The position numbers were made by a program, and so were the translations under genes. From positions 1 through 23,453 of the forward strand of contig JAHPZI010000012.1 of assembly GCA_019058295.1 (NCBI GenBank): a stretch of 23,453 nucleotides of DNA. Reading direction: 5' to 3'. Below the pieces are notes generated by a model. That model searched no databases. It saw only the letters and a program-made list of their open reading frames with translations, and was not told the origin of the DNA. Source of the DNA: Promethearchaeota archaeon. Lineage in GTDB: Archaea; Asgardarchaeota; Lokiarchaeia; Sigyniarchaeales; SOKP01. Shown here one piece after another: positions 8,533 to 15,947 of this stretch. The stretch's first letter is position 1. Each line of letters starts with the position of its first letter.

Positions 8533-9768
8533 TTAACCTTTTAAATTAAGATTTATAAAAATTTCTCCACCTTTGAAACCAACGGCAGTAATCAATTCTA
8601 AATTTCTCAGTCGATTTTTATTAGCAGAGCGTTCAAGATCAATTACTCGTACATCGTCAAAATCCATTAATGTTAGGGTTGGTTCAAAATATGGATCTAT
8701 TTCAAAACCTTGACTTTCTAAATCACGGATGATTTGCTCACATTTTTCCTTCTTTTTAATTGAAACATCGACTCTTCTGACATTATCACCACACTGTAGG
8801 CAATCAGAGCGTCTTATTTTTTCTATGGGATAAAATTTTAAAGTCATTGCATTAAATACGACATAAGATTTAATTGGTTCCCCTAACGCTTCATTTCCGG
8901 CTAACCAATGGATAATTTTAATGGTTTCATGTGATTGAATTGATGATATTACAGCATTAATTGTTATAATTGCGGGATCGTGGGCATCAATTACTTTAAC
9001 TATATCAGCTTTCGAGAATAGTGGTAAAAAATCATGTTTTTTAGCGAGTTCATTAGCTCTTTCTTGAATAAAACTGACATCTTTTATGTTTTTTGGCTTT
9101 GGATTTCTGTCAAATTTCTCTTGAAAAGCCATGTTACCTTTGAAAATACAATGTATTCTCTTTCTCGGGATGCCCACAACAGTACAAGCTGCCATTTCAT
9201 CTGATTCTCCAACAGGAAGAGGATTGCACTCGTAACAGGCATTTTCATAGGGAAAAATTGTATATAAATGTCCATGATAACCAGATGTACCCCCATCTAC
9301 TAATGGTTTTTTAAATCTAACTGCTTGAGCGTTCAAATTGAGCCTGGCATTCATCGAATCGAGACCACCCACAATAACATCAGCTGAACTATATATTGAA
9401 GGATCTAAACGTTCAAGGGTTGTGTGGTAGCCTATGATCTTAATGTTTGGATTAATATCTTTCAACCTTTTTGCGGCAATTATTGCTTTCGATGATCCCA
9501 TTTTTGCTCCAGCAAAAAGTAATTGCCGATTTAAATTTGAGTGTTCTATTATATCCAAATCCACTAAATCGAGATGCCCAACTCCTAACATTGCCAAATT
9601 TTTAGCAATTTCACATCCAAGACCACCGACACCTGCGATTAAAACTCGGGAGTTTTTAACTAATTTTTGAGACCAACCTTCGAGACGGAATTGTCGATCA
9701 TAGAGATCTCTTTCTTCTACACTCAAATCTTTACTGAAAAAATCTGAACCTTCTTCCAATTTTCCCAC
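8533..9768 (-). CDS. Ubiquitin-like activating enzyme E1 (UBA3/UBA2-like catalytic-cysteine type)
   Basis: YDRQ, GVGGLGCE, SNLNRQ, Zn motifs CYEC and CLQC, catalytic ACTVVGIPRKRIHCI, PAIITINAV and a C-terminal domain of about 80 aa. GTG start. Confidence 0.95.
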   Translation of the reverse strand: MGKLEEGSDFFSKDLSVEERDLYDRQFRLEGWSQKLVKNSRVLIAGVGGLGCEIAKNLAMLGVGHLDLVDLDIIEHSNLNRQLLFAGAKMGSSKAIIAAKRLKDINPNIKIIGYHTTLERLDPSIYSSADVIVGGLDSMNARLNLNAQAVRFKKPLVDGGTSGYHGHLYTIFPYENACYECNPLPVGESDEMAACTVVGIPRKRIHCIFKGNMAFQEKFDRNPKPKNIKDVSFIQERANELAKKHDFLPLFSKADIVKVIDAHDPAIITINAVISSIQSHETIKIIHWLAGNEALGEPIKSYVVFNAMTLKFYPIEKIRRSDCLQCGDNVRRVDVSIKKKEKCEQIIRDLESQGFEIDPYFEPTLTLMDFDDVRVIDLERSANKNRLRNLELITAVGFKGGEIFINLNLKG

Positions 9769-9832
9769 CTACTAAAACTTATAATTTCTGAATAGAAATC
9801 AATTAATTATTATTTAATGTACTTAAGAATTT

Positions 9833-9853
9833 AAAAAAAAAATAAAAAAAAAA
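9833..9853 (-). terminator. Oligo-T tract (candidate archaeal terminator) between Ubl and E1
   Basis: T10-A-T10 on the minus strand, about 30 nt after the Ubl stop codon. Confidence 0.5.
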
Positions 9854-9882
9854 TTTAATCTTTTTATTCATTAAAAGAAAAC

Positions 9883-10230
9883 TTAGATCCCTGCAGTCGA
9901 AGCAGGAATAAGCAAAACCTCATCGCCATCATTCACGCCGTATTGACTCAATGGGGCACCCTCATCCATAGTTACCCCCCCAGAACTCAAATGAAAATCG
10001 TTTGGGTCTAAACCGAATATATTTCCAACTGTCTGCTTGATAGCTGATACATTATTTCCATCGTCAACTAATAATTTTTGTCTTTTTTCCCCAGGGCCAA
10101 TCGTGCTGAGGAAAAACAAATTAATCTTATTACCTCCTGCAGGTGCCGTTGCTGCTGGTGTTTTACTTCTTTCTGGCTGTTTCTCCTGTGGCTCTTCTCC
10201 TAAGTCCTCATCAAAATCAAATTCTCCCAT
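9883..10230 (-). CDS. Ubiquitin-like modifier precursor with an acidic N-terminal extension and C-terminal AG-I
   Basis: The beta-grasp pattern (SAIKQTV, FHLSSGGVTMDEGAPLSQYGV..GDEVLL) aligns with ubiquitin [20 protein letters not shown]. It is the first gene ahead of E1/E2/JAMM. Confidence 0.92.
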   Translation of the reverse strand: MGEFDFDEDLGEEPQEKQPERSKTPAATAPAGGNKINLFFLSTIGPGEKRQKLLVDDGNNVSAIKQTVGNIFGLDPNDFHLSSGGVTMDEGAPLSQYGVNDGDEVLLIPASTAGI

Positions 10231-10373
10231 ATTATTTAAACTCCAAAATTTTTTATTTTATTATTTTGTTTAAATTTAATATATACAATAACTATTTAAT
10301 CATTTTGCTCTTAAATAATTTTATATAAAAAATTACATTTAGTTAATGAATTAATAGAGTTTGATTGTATAAA
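10231..10373. promoter_or_regulatory. Divergent promoter region with a TATA-like element
   Basis: TTTTATATAAAA near 10319..10330 is palindromic and lies between divergent genes. The AT-rich background lowers specificity. Confidence 0.35.
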
Positions 10374-11279
10374 ATGTCAGATAAACCTCCTCCTAAATAT
10401 ATGATTAAAGATAAAACTCCCTCTAAAGAAGAAATAATTGTTGCAGATAAAACATTGCTTAAAAAGATCATAGATGAGCGTAAATCCTTAGAAAAGGAAA
10501 AAACTGAATGGGAAAGTACGCTTAAGAAAATGCAAGCATATCAAGAGTCATTTAAAGAATTAGAAAGAAAAAGAAAAAGCATCGAAAGTGAGATAAGGGA
10601 TTTACAGAATGAAAAAGACAGATTAAATAAAACGCTTAATGATATACAGAATGATATCAATGGTGAAAAAAAACAAATCGAAAATCAAAAACGAATTATT
10701 GAGGACTCCAATAGGAAATTAAAAAAGCAACGTAATTATATAGAAAAGCAATCAAATGTTCTCAAAAAACAACAAAAAGACTTTAATAAAATAAAACGAG
10801 ATATAGAGAACGAAAGGAAAGCTTTGGATCGTGATAGGAAAAACGAGGAGAATCAATTAAAAGATATCAAAAGTAAGATCCCTCCATTAGAAAAACGGAG
10901 TAATACTTTGGACAATAAGGTTAGAAATCTTGAAAATAAGCAACAAGATTTAAAAAATGATGTGAAAAGATTAGAAAACCAAAAAAGTGCGCTTACATCT
11001 AATATTCAAAATGAGAAAAAGAAACTCCAAAATGAGAAAGATAAAATAGATTCTTATGTTCAAAACGAGAAAAGGAAAATAGAGAATGAAAAATCTCAAA
11101 TCAATAACGAAAAAAATAATATAAAGCGTGAAAGGGAAAAATTAAATAAAGAAAAAGATAATTTAAGACGAGATCGTGAAAAACTTGATGCTGAAATCAG
11201 AAAACTGAAATCTATTCCTAAAAAACCAATAAAATCTAAAACTCCTGCTATAAAATCCAAAACCCCAAAAGGATATTAA
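10374..11279 (+). CDS. Long coiled-coil protein with a basic KSKTP tail
   Basis: About 250 aa of near-continuous heptads (IQNEKKK LQNEKDK, IENEKSQ INNEKNN IKREREK LNKEKDN). ATG at 10374 is preferred to TTG at 10365. Confidence 0.8.
   Translation: MSDKPPPKYMIKDKTPSKEEIIVADKTLLKKIIDERKSLEKEKTEWESTLKKMQAYQESFKELERKRKSIESEIRDLQNEKDRLNKTLNDIQNDINGEKKQIENQKRIIEDSNRKLKKQRNYIEKQSNVLKKQQKDFNKIKRDIENERKALDRDRKNEENQLKDIKSKIPPLEKRSNTLDNKVRNLENKQQDLKNDVKRLENQKSALTSNIQNEKKKLQNEKDKIDSYVQNEKRKIENEKSQINNEKNNIKREREKLNKEKDNLRRDREKLDAEIRKLKSIPKKPIKSKTPAIKSKTPKGY
11229..11267 (+). repeat. Imperfect tandem repeat (21-bp period) encoding IKSKTP twice
   Basis: ataaaatctaaaactcct at 11229 and ataaaatccaaaacccca at 11250. 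Confidence 0.7.
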
Positions 11280-11398
11280 ATATATTATTGATATTATATC
11301 TCAATAATACATTTAAATTTTAACACAGCTTGTTTAGTCCTCTTTAAAGCAGTATTTAGATGTTAAGAATAGATTTATAAATTAAAGAGGATAGTAAT

Positions 11399-11656
11399 TT
11401 GAACTCTGAATCTCGTGCCATTTTAATGCGGAAATTGATGACAATCTGTCCAGTCTGTAAGAAACAAATTTACGGCAGAGATATTGATATAAAAAATATT
11501 GAGAAATCCAGATCGAAAATTGATCATTGGCCTCTAAGATATGTACATTGTCACGATAACGGTAACTTCCCTATGCATGCTTTAATGATTTATATTGACG
11601 CTAATTTTTCTGTTAGAGGGCTGGAAACTTCTAATTTTGTAAAAATTCAAGAATAG
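11399..11656 (+). CDS. Small putative Zn-binding protein (CPxC...HxH...H...YIDA)
   Basis: Shares motifs with the N-terminal domain of 4181..4963. GAGG lies upstream of the TTG start. Confidence 0.75.
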   Translation: MNSESRAILMRKLMTICPVCKKQIYGRDIDIKNIEKSRSKIDHWPLRYVHCHDNGNFPMHALMIYIDANFSVRGLETSNFVKIQE

Positions 11657-11667
11657 CTCTAATTTTT

Positions 11668-13749
11668 TTATTCTTTTTTATATTCGCCCTCTTGATCACT
11701 ATAAATACCTGCGCCTGGGTCAAGAAATTGGTTTTGACATGCTGGACAAGAGTTATATTTTGATAACCAAAATGCTACGCATAGATAGTGATAAACTGCA
11801 TCACAGAAAGGGCATTTTATTATCTGTTCTTTTGCAAAATCAAATTGTTTATGACAAACACCGCATCTAATCTTGTCAGAAGTGATTCCCTCGCGAATCT
11901 TTACTCTATTAGCTAGTGTTTTCTGTAAATTAGTTAATTCTGATTGGTAAAGATATATTTCTTTGCTCAAATTTTCTATTCTCGAATTAATTTCGCCAAT
12001 CCTCTCGTTAAGCTCTTCTTCTGTTAATTTATCAACTAAAAAATCTGATAACGCAAAATTTAATGGGACAGTTTCGATTGTGTCATTTTGAGCTTTAATT
12101 TCTGTTATATGCTCAAGCATTAAATCCTCTTCTTCAATCAACTCTTTAAAATTTTTAAATAATTTATTTAGCATCATAGATAGGAGGAAACTTAGTTGCT
12201 GCTTTTTAAGAGTAAAATTATCTTCCCATTGTTTAATGATTTGGTAAATGTCAATATCCTTTTCTTTATAAAAATCTAGTTTTTTATACACTTCATCTTT
12301 AATTTTTTGAATACTTAATTTGTACTTACTTAGAATATCTCGAATTTGTTTTATCTGAGGAAATTCTTCTCTTACTATTAAAGCTGTATCATCTTGATAT
12401 TTACTCATTAAATCATTTACTTCCGTAATTTTCTCATATATAAAATTTCTGACACGATCACGCAATCTTTCCTTTCTAACCGTTTTTAAAAAGAATACGT
12501 ATTCCTCATTTCTCCGATTTATTTCAGAAAGCACATTTTCAATTGTTTTTTTATAAGATTCAGTTACCTCTTCATAAGGGGTTAAGCACCATCCAAATTC
12601 GTTAATATATTCTAATATCTTCTCAATTAATGAGTAAAACAACTCAGTTTTTTCAGAATAGAACTTTGCTATATTTTTAAATTCGTCATATTCTTTTAAA
12701 TCGCTAATTGTTGTTTGATATTTCTTTTCTAAACCACTTAGATAATATTCTGCTATTTTGGGCAGGTATAAGCTAAACTTTTGCTCTAAAAAAGTTTTTA
12801 AATTAAATTTCTTTTTATCTTCTTCTAATTTATATTTCTTCTCCAATTCCTCTATTTCATTTAGTAAATACTTTAATTTATCTTCGATTAGAGATTTAAT
12901 TATGGGGCGTAAAAATTTTTTTAATTTCTGGATTATCTCTTTCCTATCCAAAACATTCACAAATTCACCGAGATCCTCAACCTCATTAAATTCTTCAATC
13001 AAATTATTCTGAAATAGAAGAAAAATCAAATCAGAATAAATATTAATTTTATCATCTTGTTTTCTATTAAAAAATTGATAGATATCATTGAAATATGAAG
13101 TTAAAAATACTCCTTTTTTCTTCTTTTTCCTTTTTTTAATAGAATCCTGATTAGATTCCTCTATAAAATCATTGAGTTCCTTTATCTCGTCCCATTTTGT
13201 TAATATACTTGGAAAATTATTTATCTTTAAGTTCAAGTTTTTAATTTTATTTATTTCAATCCAAATATACCCGATATTATCATAAACTCCCTCTAATTTA
13301 TGTAAGGAATTTTCAAATTTATTAATTAAATCGTCGCTTTCATCAATTAAACTCTGTACCGTCATCATACATTGTTCTAAATAGGAGTTTTTTTTTAAAA
13401 ATCGTTTAGTATTTCGACAATTCAATTTTAAATTAAGTAAATTATTTGAAAAAAGCTTAAGCTCTTCCAAAATTCCTGATTTTAAATTATGAAAATTAAT
13501 TATTTCAGCCCCTTCTTTAGGTAATAGATAAAGGTCAGCGAAATTTCTTATTTCTTCTATATAATTCGAATAGGAATCGAGAATCTCTCTTGAAAATTTG
13601 GTCTTTAAAAAATCATCAATCTCAGTCTCAGTCTGGTCTGACTTTTCAGCCCTAAATTTATCTATAGTTCTTTTGATGTCTAAAATATTTTCCTTTGAAA
13701 AGCCTAATATTTCTCGAACCTCGTTAAATACGTTATCAGTAATTTTCAA
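11668..13749 (-). CDS. Helical/coiled-coil protein with a C-terminal C4HC3 RING finger, putative E3 ligase
   Basis: CGVC-x13-CPFC-x4-H-x2-C-x3-W-x6-CPAC at 11737..11865, preceded by about 600 aa of charged helical sequence. Confidence 0.85.
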   Translation of the reverse strand: MKITDNVFNEVREILGFSKENILDIKRTIDKFRAEKSDQTETEIDDFLKTKFSREILDSYSNYIEEIRNFADLYLLPKEGAEIINFHNLKSGILEELKLFSNNLLNLKLNCRNTKRFLKKNSYLEQCMMTVQSLIDESDDLINKFENSLHKLEGVYDNIGYIWIEINKIKNLNLKINNFPSILTKWDEIKELNDFIEESNQDSIKKRKKKKKGVFLTSYFNDIYQFFNRKQDDKINIYSDLIFLLFQNNLIEEFNEVEDLGEFVNVLDRKEIIQKLKKFLRPIIKSLIEDKLKYLLNEIEELEKKYKLEEDKKKFNLKTFLEQKFSLYLPKIAEYYLSGLEKKYQTTISDLKEYDEFKNIAKFYSEKTELFYSLIEKILEYINEFGWCLTPYEEVTESYKKTIENVLSEINRRNEEYVFFLKTVRKERLRDRVRNFIYEKITEVNDLMSKYQDDTALIVREEFPQIKQIRDILSKYKLSIQKIKDEVYKKLDFYKEKDIDIYQIIKQWEDNFTLKKQQLSFLLSMMLNKLFKNFKELIEEEDLMLEHITEIKAQNDTIETVPLNFALSDFLVDKLTEEELNERIGEINSRIENLSKEIYLYQSELTNLQKTLANRVKIREGITSDKIRCGVCHKQFDFAKEQIIKCPFCDAVYHYLCVAFWLSKYNSCPACQNQFLDPGAGIYSDQEGEYKKE

Positions 13750-13865
13750 AATAAAGACCCTTTAATCTACAAGATGTTTTAAAGCACATTTACAATTGGT
13801 CAATCTAGTAGTGATAAAATGGAAAAATTATAAATTTTACTATTCAAAAAAAGCGTTTTAAAAAA

Positions 13866-14483
13866 TTATTCCCCAAGTTCTTTAATTTCAATATGTTTTT
13901 CCTTAGCTCCGTCTTTTGTGATCGTGAGAATATCAATACCATTTCCGGACATGGCATCTCGCTTCATGGCGGCCTTCATTGCTTTTTCAACCAGTTTTTC
14001 ACCTTCTACAACGCTCATCTCTTTTTTATATTCCGCTTCTAAGACTCCTATCGATAATAGCATTCCGGTTCCAGCAGTTCCGTAGTCATCTGGCATTAAT
14101 GAACCAATAGCATCAAGTGTAAAGAGTTTTGGACCATCTTTATCCACACCTGCAATAACCAAATTAGTATATAATGGATACATTTTTCGTGAATATAAAT
14201 AATTAGAAACTAATTTCCCCATGCTTTGAGTTGAGATTCTCTCTCCGGCATCTAACAAGTATAAGTTAGCTTGCGCTCTCATAATCTTGACTAAGATTTG
14301 GAAGTCTCCTATAAGCCCGTAAGCTGCTATGCCAATATAATCCGTGATTTTGAATACTTTCTTCGTAGATTTATTTGCTACTGTATACCCCCATGTAGCT
14401 CTATTATCATTCCCAAGAACTACTCCATCCTTACATTTAATAGCTATACCACATGCCCCTGGTACCATAATTTGCTGAGACAT
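13866..14483 (-). CDS. psmB: 20S proteasome beta subunit, non-catalytic type (Thr1 replaced by Ala)
   Basis: KDGVVLGNDNRAT, KKVFKITD, GLIGD, AGVDKDGPKLFTLD.IGS, GTG and RDAMSGNGID motifs. PG-ACG replaces the usual G-TTT. Confidence 0.95.
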   Translation of the reverse strand: MSQQIMVPGACGIAIKCKDGVVLGNDNRATWGYTVANKSTKKVFKITDYIGIAAYGLIGDFQILVKIMRAQANLYLLDAGERISTQSMGKLVSNYLYSRKMYPLYTNLVIAGVDKDGPKLFTLDAIGSLMPDDYGTAGTGMLLSIGVLEAEYKKEMSVVEGEKLVEKAMKAAMKRDAMSGNGIDILTITKDGAKEKHIEIKELGE

Positions 14484-14690
14484 TTTTCCATACTCTTACT
14501 TATCTATTGTTTTAATAATAAATAGTTTGAGTAATATAAAAATGGAGTATAATTAAATTTTAAGGTTTTATCTTATAAAGAAGGTGATTTAATTATAGAA
14601 ACCTATTCTATTTTGGTTTGAAAAGTTATAAAAACATAGAATTAAATATTTAGTATATCGTTAAAAAAAAATTAAAATATTACGATTGAA

Positions 14691-15887
14691 ATGACTGAAG
14701 TAATGATATGGGATCCTATTGACCGTCTCTTATGGGGAGTAGCAATTTCACTGTTATTTTTATGTAGTCTTGTCTATTTATATCGGGGTATAAATCGGGA
14801 AGCAAAAAATGAAAAAGGGATTATGTATGGATTTGCTGGCGTCCTTTTGGGATTAGCTATTTCTAGAATTTTCTTTTTTATTGCTGATCTACAACTTGCG
14901 GGAACCTTTAAACAAGGTATTTTTTACGGGGAGCTTGATATGAGTAATCTTAATTATAATTTTTACTTAAAATGTGCGTATATCTCAACCATTTCTGGAA
15001 TACTCTTCTTTACCTATAATTTCGAAAGAATATTAAAACGTACTCGTTTTATTCTCACCATAATAAGTTCGACTTTTCTAATTCTAGTAATAATTAGCCC
15101 TTATAACATTTCAAATGTAATCGTGAATGCTTTATTGCCAGGATTTTCAGTAGTGCTGATGCTTGCGGTGGCCTATATTATGACGAAATGGTCGGCAACT
15201 GAGTTTAAAGCGATTGCCTCATTGTTATTTATTTCTTTTCTCTTCTTTTTTATGGGAATATTCTTATATAATCCCGTTGTTAAAAATTCTAATGTAATTC
15301 CAGTGTCAATTTCACCTATTTTTTTTATTATGGGAGCATCAATAGCAGCATCTCCATTGATTATAAAACCAGAGTATGTATCACGCCCTTCCCTCTATTG
15401 GGGTGTAATTGGTTCTATAACTCTTGGAATTGGATTACTCGTGAATTTCATAATAATATTTTATGGTTTACCACCATTATATTCTTTTTTGGGTCTCACA
15501 CTAGCCGTTATATTAGTTTTTGTATTATTGCGTATCAAGAAAGTTATACAGGTGGAAATTACTGGGAGAGATGCCGAACAAGGACCAAATATTTTAGCAA
15601 TGTTTGCAAGACCTCAAAGAGTAACAGAGGAGGAAGTATCCATTTCTAAAGAAAAGAAAATTTGTTTAGTATGTAAGGGAAAACTTGCTAGATATAACAT
15701 ATTTCTCTGCCCTGAATGCAATACGTTTTATTGTTCAAAATGCGCCAATGCTTTAAGTGACCTTGAGAATGCCTGTTGGGTTTGTGAAGTGCCGTTTGAT
15801 GAATCCAAGCCTGTTAGATTATCAGAAATAAAAGAAGAAGAAGAATTTGGTAAGAATAACGATTTTAAGAAAAAAAAAAAGAAATGA
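14691..15887 (+). CDS. Roughly 9-TM membrane protein with a C-terminal C8 RING-like zinc finger
   Basis: About nine hydrophobic helices followed by CLVC-x11-CPEC-x4-CSKC-x10-CWVC at 15663..15785. Confidence 0.8.
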   Translation: MTEVMIWDPIDRLLWGVAISLLFLCSLVYLYRGINREAKNEKGIMYGFAGVLLGLAISRIFFFIADLQLAGTFKQGIFYGELDMSNLNYNFYLKCAYISTISGILFFTYNFERILKRTRFILTIISSTFLILVIISPYNISNVIVNALLPGFSVVLMLAVAYIMTKWSATEFKAIASLLFISFLFFFMGIFLYNPVVKNSNVIPVSISPIFFIMGASIAASPLIIKPEYVSRPSLYWGVIGSITLGIGLLVNFIIIFYGLPPLYSFLGLTLAVILVFVLLRIKKVIQVEITGRDAEQGPNILAMFARPQRVTEEEVSISKEKKICLVCKGKLARYNIFLCPECNTFYCSKCANALSDLENACWVCEVPFDESKPVRLSEIKEEEEFGKNNDFKKKKKK

Positions 15888-15947
15888 GGGCTTGATAAAA
15901 AAAAATTAGTATTAAAATGAAGCAACGATACTTTAATCAATTAACTA

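Noticed and set aside
9084-9296. Same-strand alternate-frame ORFs within E1 and within the 9-TM gene (15398..15649)
   Set aside because: The host reading frames are intact, with no sign of a frameshift and no protein motifs in the alternate frames.
10126-10145. Internal AGG (PAGGNK) in the Ubl as a polyubiquitin-like cleavage site
   Set aside because: The preceding residues are low-complexity, not a beta-grasp unit, so this is probably just a linker.
8533-10230. ThiF/MoeB with ThiS/MoaD sulfur-transfer interpretation
   Set aside because: The adjacent E2, JAMM and RING genes, the canonical E1 Cys motif and the absence of cofactor biosynthesis genes favour protein conjugation.
15868-15884. 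A-homopolymer at the end of the 9-TM gene as a phase-variation site
   Set aside because: It lies in the last codons, so slippage would change little, and A tracts are common in this window.
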